From the IMG/VR virus record IMGVR_UViG_3300045988_112752: 64,000 nucleotides of DNA. One strand, given 5' to 3'. Each line of letters begins with the position of its first letter. The first letter of the stretch is position 1. The notes beneath the pieces were generated by a model. It was not told the origin of the DNA and did no database searches. It saw nothing but the letters and a program-made list of their open reading frames with translations. The stretch is from a virus. Shown piece after piece: positions 54,201-61,701 of this stretch. The translations under genes were made by a program, and so were the position numbers.

Positions 54201-54922
54201 TTAATAAGGACGGCGTGCTGGAGGTTGGCTCAGGAGTGTTTGGCGGTTCGCTGGTGGGCGTGTCGGGCACGTTCTCTAAGTTGATGCACGTGTTAAACTC
54301 CAACGTTTCTATCTCGTTCGACCAGACTCACGGCGGTTTTCTACTGAAGGGCTATACAATAAACGACGGTTCAATGAGGGTATATGGAGATTTCTCGGTG
54401 GACGGCGAAACGAATGTGGGCGTGATACGCACAGGGGACACATGGGTGAGGGGCAGTTTCGGTGCTTTGAATCGTGTCTGCGCCAGTATATCGGACGGAC
54501 TGATGCGTGTTTACAGTGGCGAAGAATTGTTTGCCGAGACTCAGCTCAAAACTTCTTCTAATAACGGCATAACGTACTATAACGTCCCGTGCCAAGTAGA
54601 CGTTTTGCATGAAGGTTTTACGCTCGTCAACAACTTCGGCAACGGTGCTCCTATCGACACGTTCGTGTTCAAGGGCAATAGTCGGGCTAATCTCGTTTAT
54701 AATTTCAAACTCTCCTACACGCAGAAGATTACGGTGTTGCACGCCGTCGATTCGGTAAAAAATAAAATTTTTGTGCCTATTTGCGGCAAGAACACCGAAC
54801 TGGTCGGCGGTTTAGCGTTGCAACTTTGGAAGGCACCGCGGGGATTTGCCTCGCCGTCTATGCCAAGCGTACCTGGACATGATGTGTTCGTGATTTCGAG
54901 ATACGACAACGACTGGGCGTAG
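51263..54922 (+). CDS. Tail fibre / receptor-binding protein candidate (1219 aa) with two jelly-roll carbohydrate-binding-like modules
   Basis: ORF track. Two segments follow a CBM-like pattern: NLLVGS...KTYTLAFWARTE...GWYLYQKMF...ILIEG and GGNLLDNT...DYMFSFMAKG...WKRYWVHW...MPKLEVG. Confidence 0.5.
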   Translation: MTQATTNDYWISSTALHIELNALGYPDYVQASCVSGAQILVYVKDIIGFDAGHNYRRWPLQASPTVFNSHTEKYVYAAIPRSLSSAASARIVFPSEQIDIYGKNANAEQIGDEKYYYIFLQGKITSSGDNGTIARDWDTRCFWGYLSSDEAISAIGTESEWYHYSQTDSIVTFLKKLTMKPGTWFRELFAKVVTIVTGGSIAFEGKAGAISGITNTKTPLDSETDIVTPKYLDDNALSSVHDDEAKGVISFLSGIKFISNNKIHKITSDGIATLKEIVSAAFRSGALGSGFKLGDYNGSGDSYLEVDRLLVRKAAEFVRLVIRELQSVGGEIVLSPAAMKISNVVYFEKFTVLPEYDGSPLRYDVYRCYFSQKKGDEEIENQFVMGDLVRCQTFNVKEGVNENVKNRYYWRKVYKVGKDFIDLLADDCDTGSDIPQAGDELVQMGNVYDTARQSVVVLSAYGADAPSLKMYEGVDSYSLENREVFVLSRQEMFAIADKFRFVTRKANGEIESTQSFAELVMSVDGLKSTVATNKSDITQMKSDIKQMPNQILLQVGKYYPTKTDVTKQIESASSEITQTATNIAMKVGYTLAERRNLLVGSLFRKQGEGFFLLRSKIYRTSAHEGANVIFAPDAKAGGAQWGGAANSRNIHVTKDKTYTLAFWARTESAKVEIVGEVVWHSSATDTSRPGGYTGPNGSANLGVVTITPSNGWYLYQKMFTVAANAHYEWISVACLKANASTASQQVYIAHPILIEGTAEDFVCWSASPDDYDYIGGNLLDNTRTFAKAGNLTRMDASVVTNESYNNGCSVIYANAASKYIEMAQWSVSSIIKKDEDYMFSFMAKGFGSIDAYMWSGSNLSIFAEDSERDTTTSNADGGRRFSLTSEWKRYWVHWRSEGTGIPNYVLIRCLQGSKAWVTMPKLEVGATPTDWIEGKSGFVEDSGIAAKLLRTGLDIENGKITATADKFEVRNNSGKVTASVNKDGVLEVGSGVFGGSLVGVSGTFSKLMHVLNSNVSISFDQTHGGFLLKGYTINDGSMRVYGDFSVDGETNVGVIRTGDTWVRGSFGALNRVCASISDGLMRVYSGEELFAETQLKTSSNNGITYYNVPCQVDVLHEGFTLVNNFGNGAPIDTFVFKGNSRANLVYNFKLSYTQKITVLHAVDSVKNKIFVPICGKNTELVGGLALQLWKAPRGFASPSMPSVPGHDVFVISRYDNDWA

Positions 54923-55052
54923 CTATAATTGTTATTTATTGGTTTTTATTATTAATTGATTTGTTATGAAAGTAAGTGATGTTTTGGTTGACAAGCTGAA
55001 GTAGTTTGAGGGTATCGGGCTAAGGCGTACCGGTGCCCTGCTGTAGGGTGGA

Positions 55053-56198
55053 ATGGAAATATTTATGGTTAAATATAAAATACAAAATAGAACACAAAGT
55101 AATATGAAGAAAATAGTAAGAGGCAATGATTTTACGTTGCGCATACCGGTAAAGAAGATAGTCAACGGCGAGCAGGTATCGTTCCCGTTGTCTGACTGCA
55201 CCGACATCGCGGTGCATGTCGTAAGCAAGTACAAGCGTACCGCACTCCCCTACACCATCGACAAGGAGTCGGACGATGTGCTCTTGGCTGACGTTGACGG
55301 CACGGCACTATCGTTAGGCACTTATGCCTTGGAGGTGACGGGTAAGCTGGAGGATGCTAACTGGCGAAGCTACGAATACGAGCAGTTTGCCATCGTTGAC
55401 AACAACGCAAGCAGCGATACTACATTGGGTGACGAAGTAATCAGCGGTGCCCTTGTGATACTGCCTCCTGGGTCATCAAGCTTGAAACCTGACATCCCCC
55501 AAAAAGTAAAAAAGCGTAAGCAGATAATGATCGGCAAGGCGATAAGATGTAAGTCGTGTGATGTGCTGGATGCAGAGAACTGGTATGTGTTCTCTCAAAA
55601 CTTTGCTTTTTTGTTACTCCCTTCTGGAATAGATAAAGATGATATGGTCGTGCATTATCGCCCTAAATTTAAAAATGAATATGAAACATTAGACAATTTT
55701 GAACTTTTTTTAAAAACTGCTGAAGTGGTTGCTTTTGGTCTTTCCGTTGATGGACCTTTAAAATGGAAAGTGGAGAAGTACTTGGATGACCCCACAACAG
55801 GGAAGTTTGAGGTATGGCTCGTTTACACGTCTTGTCCCAAGACTATCAAGGGTATGGGTACGAAATATGAGTATGTGAATGGACGCAAAGTGTGGAATCG
55901 CACTCTTTATATCGGAGATGTAACCGCCCATTCTGTAGTGACCCTGTGTAATACAACACGTTTTAGTGTGTATCACAAAAGATCCTACACGAAAAGTAGA
56001 AATTTAAGAAATGAGTCAAAAATAAGAAAGAGAAAGTGTCTTCGCTGGAAGCGTTTGAACGGTATTGATAGCGTATCAAGAAAAAACAGACCGGGGTTGT
56101 ATAGAATCTCTTTAAAAGACAGTAATTCCTCAAAAAAGGTAAGTTTTGATTTTTATTTTAGACGCATAGGTAATGATTTATATCCAATAAAGGCATAG
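55053..56198 (+). CDS. Hypothetical tail-associated protein; start uncertain (alternative ATG at 55104); C-terminal half AT-rich and very basic
   Basis: ORF track 381 aa. Confidence 0.5.
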   Translation: MEIFMVKYKIQNRTQSNMKKIVRGNDFTLRIPVKKIVNGEQVSFPLSDCTDIAVHVVSKYKRTALPYTIDKESDDVLLADVDGTALSLGTYALEVTGKLEDANWRSYEYEQFAIVDNNASSDTTLGDEVISGALVILPPGSSSLKPDIPQKVKKRKQIMIGKAIRCKSCDVLDAENWYVFSQNFAFLLLPSGIDKDDMVVHYRPKFKNEYETLDNFELFLKTAEVVAFGLSVDGPLKWKVEKYLDDPTTGKFEVWLVYTSCPKTIKGMGTKYEYVNGRKVWNRTLYIGDVTAHSVVTLCNTTRFSVYHKRSYTKSRNLRNESKIRKRKCLRWKRLNGIDSVSRKNRPGLYRISLKDSNSSKKVSFDFYFRRIGNDLYPIKA

Positions 56199-56383
56199 AT
56201 AGTTAAACTTAAATCCGTCCACATTTCCGATTGCGGAATGAAAAGAAATATTGAGTAACCATCTATGCAGAGCAAAGTTACAAAAAAAAACGGACTCGGC
56301 AAACAAATATGTGAAAATTTTATTTCATCAGTTAAGAAGATTTGTGTTAATCAAGTATTTAATTTTGTAAAGAAGATAAAATT

Positions 56384-56845
56384 ATGGAAGTAAAAGTAAG
56401 ACGAATAGCAAAGAAGGAGACATATACCATCGGCAAGATGTACGTTGACGGCGCATACATCTGCGACACGCTCGAAGACAAGGACAGAGGGCTGACATCT
56501 AACATGTCGGTGGCGCAGATATGCGGAGTGAAGATCAAGGGCGAAACCGCCATACCGACGGGCAGATACCTCGTAGACATGAAGACGGTATCGCCACGCT
56601 TCGGAGGTCGGGCGCAGTACCAATTCTGCAAGGGCAGACTACCGCGACTGTGCAATACGCCTGGCTACCAGGGCGTGCTGATACACATCGGCAACACAGC
56701 AAAGGACACGGAGGGCTGCATCCTCGTAGGCGAGAACAAAGCGGTCGGTCAGGTGCTTAACTCCACGGCGACATTTAAGAAAGTGTACGCGAAGCTGAAA
56801 GCGGCTGACGAGAGAGGAGAACAGATTTGGATAACAATAGAATAA
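56384..56845 (+). CDS. Candidate cell-wall hydrolase / endolysin (YkuD-like, DUF5675-type pattern)
   Basis: ORF track 153 aa. IPTGRYLV...SPRFG...PGYQGVLIHIGNTAKDTEGCILVGE resembles the L,D-transpeptidase-fold H...GC catalytic pattern. Followed by a membrane protein. Confidence 0.4.
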   Translation: MEVKVRRIAKKETYTIGKMYVDGAYICDTLEDKDRGLTSNMSVAQICGVKIKGETAIPTGRYLVDMKTVSPRFGGRAQYQFCKGRLPRLCNTPGYQGVLIHIGNTAKDTEGCILVGENKAVGQVLNSTATFKKVYAKLKAADERGEQIWITIE

Positions 56846-56855
56846 GGAGGTGCAG

Positions 56856-57191
56856 ATGGATATAAGGGGAATACTGATGCTGCTGAACTGCATCATATTG
56901 GGAGCGACAACGCTCTTTATCTTCTACAAGGCAGCGCAGCTCGATATGGTAGATGAAGGCTACGACGAGATTAAGCGAAACCGGCAAGGTGCTATCGGAT
57001 GGTTTATCACGGCTATATTCGTAGGCGTTCTTGCGCTGCCCGTAATGGTGCTGCGAGAGGTGTATCAATGGAAGCGGTACAAGCTACCGAGTATTGAATG
57101 GGATGACATTTGCCGCTATGGGTTTACTATTGTCATTGGCTCTATGCTGCACGTGCTCTTGCTTGTTGTGGTTACGCCATCTTCTTGTTGA
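56856..57191 (+). CDS. Three-TM membrane protein, holin-like partner of the preceding gene
   Basis: Track ORF 56850 (GTG); ATG at 56856 preceded by AAGGAGG. Confidence 0.45.
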   Translation: MDIRGILMLLNCIILGATTLFIFYKAAQLDMVDEGYDEIKRNRQGAIGWFITAIFVGVLALPVMVLREVYQWKRYKLPSIEWDDICRYGFTIVIGSMLHVLLLVVVTPSSC

Positions 57192-57210
57192 CAGCACAGG
57201 CAAAAAGGTC

Positions 57211-57250
57211 AAATAAAAAGCCGCTCCCATTCCTCACGAATGAAAGCGGC
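57211..57250 (-). terminator. Terminator hairpin serving the minus-strand lipoprotein gene; also ends the plus-strand lysis operon
   Basis: GCCGCT ... AGCGGC stem. On the minus strand it is followed by CTTTTTATTT. Confidence 0.55.
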
Positions 57251-57357
57251 CCAACTTTTAATACTTTACAGATATATGACTAAGAGCCATATTCTTGTCT
57301 GCAAAGGTACGATATTTTTTTTGTTTTTACAACTGAAGACACAAATTCACACAAAAA

Positions 57358-58128
57358 CTATTCTACTTTCTGCCAAACCCATGCCGACTGCGCGTTACTT
57401 TCGTTGTAGAACACTATTTCCTCTTTATCTCTTACATAAATATACGAGCGCGAGCCTGTTCCGGGTGTGAGGAAGATGTCGAAAGCTACGTGGCCGTTCT
57501 TTGTGGAACAAGTGGTGGTGATGTCTATGTCTATTTTGGGAGCCGTAAACCTAACCTTACCCTTCTTTCCCACCGTCATGGTGAATTTAGCGGCTGTTCC
57601 GTCCGACGCATATCCCGTTACCCACCATGTGCCTATGAGGGCACCGTCGTGGTCGGAAGCGTCGGAGTAGTCTACTATTTCGTCCCGCCAGCTGCGAACG
57701 TTCAGTTCGTGCTCGTCACCGTTAGGAGCCGTAGCCCTGATTTCCTTGACGTTTGTTAGCAGCTCGTTTATTGTGAGCGATCCGTAAAGGATGGAGTTCC
57801 AGTCGAAGCCCTCGTATGCACCCGTCGTGAATGTGGTGACGAGCTTGCCGTCCGCTACAGCCCACGTACCGAAGAAGTTTGACTCTGCCCATGTGAGCGA
57901 CCCCGACGTTACGCCGCCGCTGCTCATACAAGTTACCAGTCGGTTGCGGTAGAAGCGGAACTCGCTGCGCTTGTTGTTGTCCAGATACCATTTATACCCC
58001 GTGACGTATTCCTCCACACGCTTCTCACTGAACGTGCCGTCGTCGTCGTCGCTGCTACAACTGCCCATACTTACACACGCTGTCGTCATCATCGTCAACA
58101 GCAGCATCATTCTAAAGATTTTCTTCAT
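57358..58128 (-). CDS. Surface-exposed lipoprotein candidate
   Basis: ORF track 256 aa. MKKIFRMMLLLTMMTTACVSMGSC-SSDDDDG: signal peptide, lipobox Cys, and acidic run right after Cys as in the Bacteroidota lipoprotein export signal. Confidence 0.7.
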   Translation of the reverse strand: MKKIFRMMLLLTMMTTACVSMGSCSSDDDDGTFSEKRVEEYVTGYKWYLDNNKRSEFRFYRNRLVTCMSSGGVTSGSLTWAESNFFGTWAVADGKLVTTFTTGAYEGFDWNSILYGSLTINELLTNVKEIRATAPNGDEHELNVRSWRDEIVDYSDASDHDGALIGTWWVTGYASDGTAAKFTMTVGKKGKVRFTAPKIDIDITTTCSTKNGHVAFDIFLTPGTGSRSYIYVRDKEEIVFYNESNAQSAWVWQKVE

Positions 58129-58394
58129 ACATTAATATTTTTATACGTTAGTACTTTCGTAGGTTTGTATATTTTTGTTTTCTGTCATTCAATGTTTTAT
58201 AATACCGTCATCACAAGATTGACAATCCTTACAGCTACATGCGCTCGCTTGTCACCGACGACCTCAAGGTGATGCTCGCCGGCAACGACCTCACGGGTGG
58301 CGTAGTGCCGGCGGTGGCTCCACAGGTGGCGGTGGTCAGAAGCCTGGCGGCGAACTGGAGCCGTAACGGTCGCTAAGCGGATAACTTAACATTC

Positions 58395-58432
58395 CCCACG
58401 GTAGGCACGCGAGGCTTGCCGTGGGATTTTTT
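58395..58432 (+). terminator. Rho-independent terminator behind an orphan gene fragment
   Basis: CCCACGG ... CCGTGGG stem followed by ATTTTTT. Confidence 0.65.
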
Positions 58433-58547
58433 CTTTGCAATGTCCGTAGGACGAAAAGCAAAAAAAACACTGCTATCCTCGCGGACGGCAGTGCTCAAAA
58501 CCAAAATAGTAACATAATCATTAAAGATTATGAAACATGTCGTTTTA

Positions 58548-58886
58548 TCACTCTGCCTTAATGCTTGCGCTGATTTTTGCGCCACACGACGGGCAGACTG
58601 TCTGTATCTTAAATTCTGATGGTGCTTTTTGTGTCTTTTCGCATTCCTGCCATTGATCTTCATCTGGGAACAACTCAGTTATCTTCACGCCTAATGCGTC
58701 GGCTATCTCATAAAGGTTGCTCAATGAAGGATTGCCGTTGATACGCGAACTCATTGTAGCTTTCGTGATTGTGCGCTGATTGTTGTCCTTGTCGGTGCGG
58801 ATTATCTTGTTGGCGAGGTCGGTCAATGTAAGACCCTTCTCCTGCATGATTTCAGCTATGCGGAGATTGTTTCTCTTTCGTTCCAT
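58548..58886 (-). CDS. XRE-type HTH regulator with C-terminal CxxC zinc-ribbon-like tail
   Basis: ORF track 112 aa. LRIAEIMQEKGLTLTDLANKI ... NLYEIADALGVKITELF ... CPSCGAKI. Confidence 0.75.
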   Translation of the reverse strand: MERKRNNLRIAEIMQEKGLTLTDLANKIIRTDKDNNQRTITKATMSSRINGNPSLSNLYEIADALGVKITELFPDEDQWQECEKTQKAPSEFKIQTVCPSCGAKISASIKAE

Positions 58887-58935
58887 AATAATGTTCTTTG
58901 ATGTTTCTATTCTGTAAAGTATTAAAAGTTTGATG

Positions 58936-58967
58936 CAAAGTTATATAATTATATGAATATTTACAAA
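58936..58967 (-). promoter_or_regulatory. Canonical Bacteroides promoter for the 58886 regulator gene
   Basis: Plus strand shows CAAAgtTA (58936-58943) and CAAA (58964-58967). On the minus strand this reads TTTG-N20-TAacTTTG, about 50 nt upstream of the ATG. Confidence 0.55.
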
Positions 58968-59042
58968 CTATTTTGAAGAAAAATGATACAAATACGAATA
59001 TTTTAATACTTTTGTTTGGTATTATGATATTATTGAGCGCGT

Positions 59043-59486
59043 CTACCCTACCCCATTCTTCTCCTCGGCATATCGTGGAATGTTGGTGACGAGGAAGGCA
59101 GTGGCGCAGTTTGGGCATACCAGCACTTTGTGTGCGTCTTGTGGGGTCTGGGCGAACAGCGGACCTAAGCGTTCACGCTCGGCATACTCCTTCAGTTTTT
59201 CAAAGCTCACCTTGGGCTCTTCGATGATTGTGCCGTCTTGAGCCATGCGATAGAAGAAGTCGCGAGGGTCAACGTCTATTGCCCAGGCTATCTTGTATAT
59301 GGTGGAGAGCGTAGGATTGCCCGAAGTCATTTGCGACACGGCAGCCTTGGTCACACCCAGACGTTCTGCCACTTGCTGAGTGGTGAATCCCTTTCGGTGA
59401 ACGGTCTCCATAATGTTCAGTTCCGTAACGGGAGCGTATGGCTGCACCACCTTGCGCCCATCTTTCTTTATCTCGATGTCTATCAT
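59043..59486 (-). CDS. XRE-type HTH regulator with C-terminal CxxC zinc-ribbon-like tail (repressor candidate)
   Basis: ORF track 147 aa. FTTQQVAERLGVTKAAVSQMTSG ... CPNCATAF. TAacTTTG -7 box (plus-strand CAAAGTTA at 59516-59523) upstream. Confidence 0.75.
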   Translation of the reverse strand: MIDIEIKKDGRKVVQPYAPVTELNIMETVHRKGFTTQQVAERLGVTKAAVSQMTSGNPTLSTIYKIAWAIDVDPRDFFYRMAQDGTIIEEPKVSFEKLKEYAERERLGPLFAQTPQDAHKVLVCPNCATAFLVTNIPRYAEEKNGVG

Positions 59487-59904
59487 ATATATAGTGTTTT
59501 GTGTTGTTTATAACGCAAAGTTAAGATATTTTGCTTTTATGCGCAGGACATTGTGCGTATTTCGTCGTTTTTGTGTAAGTTTGGTCTATTGATTAAGTGT
59601 TTTGGTATAGGTTGATGTTGTTTTAACGTACTAAACATGAGCGTTTTAATCTGTTTGTTCCCCAAAATAATCGTTGTAATTTGGGTTTTCTCGAAAGTGG
59701 CAGCACGTAGGTTGCTACCCATAAAACCATGTAAATTTTTAAGAATTAGAGCAAAGGTGTTGTTTTGAACGGCTCAACCTCACAAGCGACCAACCACCGC
59801 ACTGAGACCCCTTGGCTTAGTGTCGGTTAGTAAAATCTTATTATATATGCTAACGAGTATAAAGGGGGGGGCTGTGGTGGTCTGTGGTGGTCGTGAATGT
59901 GCCT

Positions 59905-60057
59905 TATATATAATAAGGTGTAATAATAAAATAATACAAAAATAAATACCCGTATGAAAAAATCCTTATTTTTATTTGGCGGTGTTAGATTATTTTCATA
60001 CCTTTGCAGCAGTTAAAGAAAAAAACCAAATAGTAACAAATAAAATACTTTAAGATT
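59905..60057 (+). promoter_or_regulatory. Early promoter region, copy A of a ~150-bp duplicated segment
   Basis: TTTG (59975-59978), 20 nt, TAccTTTG (59999-60006). The whole segment recurs at 61019-61169. Confidence 0.65.
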
Positions 60058-60411
60058 ATGAACAAAAGACAATTTTCGTTGTTAATCGCGCTTGCAACAA
60101 TAGCAACTAACAACAAGGAAGGATTTACAGTAAATGCAGCAACTTTGCAACCAATTACAACAGGGTACGCTGTAGCCATCGCAGCAACACAAAATTCGTT
60201 TGGTCTCGAAGGCCTTGCGAACGTTGTAAGATACGTTAGCGAACACCCTGAAATAAATGCTTTTGGCGGTTGGTATAATAGCCGAAATAATATGTATTAT
60301 TTTGACGCTACAATGATTGTTAAGGATTTGAAAACAGCTATAGAAATCGGGCGTGCAAATAAACAGCTTGCAATTTTTGATCTTGCGAACGGCTTACCTA
60401 TCGACTTATAA
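60058..60411 (+). CDS. Hypothetical early protein
   Basis: ORF track 117 aa. Confidence 0.6.
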   Translation: MNKRQFSLLIALATIATNNKEGFTVNAATLQPITTGYAVAIAATQNSFGLEGLANVVRYVSEHPEINAFGGWYNSRNNMYYFDATMIVKDLKTAIEIGRANKQLAIFDLANGLPIDL

Positions 60412-60470
60412 TACATGAAGAGGACCGGCGCCGCCGGTCCTTACATTCAACAAATTAAATATTATATATT

Positions 60471-60821
60471 ATGATATACAACAAAGAAATTAACGGCGTT
60501 AAATTTTCGCTTGTTTGTGAATCTTGGTGCACTCGAAACTTTTGGGGGCACAGAGTAACTTTGTATAAAAATGATACCGCAGAAGTTGGGAGTATAAAAA
60601 TACGCTATTATAATAGAACTTGGGAGGAATACCAATACCAAAGCGCAATAAAAGGCGTTATATATAATGCCATTCAAGAAATTAAAGCGGTTGCAAAGAA
60701 AGCGTTTTTAACTTTGCATAACTACAAACTTTTGACGAAAAAACGCGCCGCCGAATTTACCGAATATCTTGCAAAGGATTTAGAATATAATACATATAAA
60801 GAACTTTTTGAAATGTTCTAA
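60471..60821 (+). CDS. Hypothetical early protein
   Basis: ORF track 116 aa. Confidence 0.6.
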   Translation: MIYNKEINGVKFSLVCESWCTRNFWGHRVTLYKNDTAEVGSIKIRYYNRTWEEYQYQSAIKGVIYNAIQEIKAVAKKAFLTLHNYKLLTKKRAAEFTEYLAKDLEYNTYKELFEMF

Positions 60822-60828
60822 TTGTTTG

Positions 60829-60858
60829 ACGTGCTGCGAATTTGCAGCACGTTTTTTT
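60829..60858 (+). terminator. Rho-independent terminator
   Basis: ACGTGCTGC gaattt GCAGCACGT followed by TTTTTTT. Confidence 0.8.
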
Positions 60859-61018
60859 GTATCTCGTTGTATGGTGCTGTATGGTGTCCCCTGGTGCCCC
60901 ACTCCATCACATTACACACATTATATAATATCACAGATATTAGAGTATTTGAGGCGGTGCCTACTCATTATAGATATTATAGAGCATCACTGATATTATG
61001 TTTTTTATATTGTTTGCA

Positions 61019-61169
61019 TTATATAATAAGGTGTAATAATAAAATAATATGAAAATAAATATTTGTATGAAAATTTTTTTATTTTCATTTGGCAGTGTTA
61101 GATTATTTTCATACCTTTGCAGCAGTTAAAGAAATAAACCAAAATAGTAACAAATAAAATACAAAGATT
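61019..61169 (+). promoter_or_regulatory. Early promoter region, copy B of the duplicated segment
   Basis: TTTG (61088-61091), 20 nt, TAccTTTG (61112-61119). Confidence 0.65.
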
Positions 61170-61397
61170 ATGAAAACAATGTATTTAATGGAACATTACG
61201 CCATCAACCGCAAGAACGGAGTCCGAACGTATATAGGTTCGGCATGTGTTGAGTTCCGCGTTAAAAACCTTGTTATGAAGTCTGTGAGAAATCATGGTTA
61301 TCAGTATAACAGGAGTAAGAAGGCTTACATCCTGGAGGCTGATTCCGTTGAGTCGTGCACCGACAAGGCCATCACAGTGAAGTCTTATGCAATATAA
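61170..61397 (+). CDS. Hypothetical early protein
   Basis: ORF track 75 aa. Confidence 0.55.
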   Translation: MKTMYLMEHYAINRKNGVRTYIGSACVEFRVKNLVMKSVRNHGYQYNRSKKAYILEADSVESCTDKAITVKSYAI

Positions 61398-61425
61398 TTA
61401 TAACAACTTTAATACTTTACAGATT

Positions 61426-61701
61426 ATGGCAAGAATCACTAAAAAACAGGAGTTCGACGAGCTTTCCAAGTTCGGTTGCGCTTTCCTTCAGACCAACAAT
61501 TATGGGGGCTATTGCATCGTTATAGATGATGGCGGGGAACAGGTATTGTGGCGCGACTGCACCAGCAGAAACGAGCATACGGCGCGACGTTGGCAGCGCA
61601 TCAAATACACTTGCCCGCGTGATCCTGAAACCGAATCGCGTCCGTACCTTACTATATACGGCATCCGCTATTATTTAGACGACTTCATGCGCTGCGCCTA
61701 A
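61426..61701 (+). CDS. Hypothetical early protein
   Basis: In frame with track ORF 61387. The ATG at 61426 follows the AACTTTAATACTTTACAGATT leader. Confidence 0.55.
   Translation: MARITKKQEFDELSKFGCAFLQTNNYGGYCIVIDDGGEQVLWRDCTSRNEHTARRWQRIKYTCPRDPETESRPYLTIYGIRYYLDDFMRCA

Noticed and set aside
51263-56198. Diversity-generating retroelement targeting the fibre genes
   Set aside because: No reverse-transcriptase-like ORF is in the window, and I could not find a template/variable repeat pair near the 3' ends of the fibre-like genes.
57240-57470. 76-aa plus-strand ORF preceded by an early-type leader (ATG at 57276)
   Set aside because: It overlaps the 3' end of the well-supported minus-strand lipoprotein gene and its terminator. 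The sequence is hydrophobic and low-complexity. It is kept only as a note that the leader motif occurs here.
60421-60439. GGACCGGCG-C-CGCCGGTCC palindrome after gene 60058-60411 as a classical terminator
   Set aside because: It is a perfect GC palindrome but has essentially no loop and no T-run. It may be a protein-binding site or weak terminator, with not enough evidence to call either.
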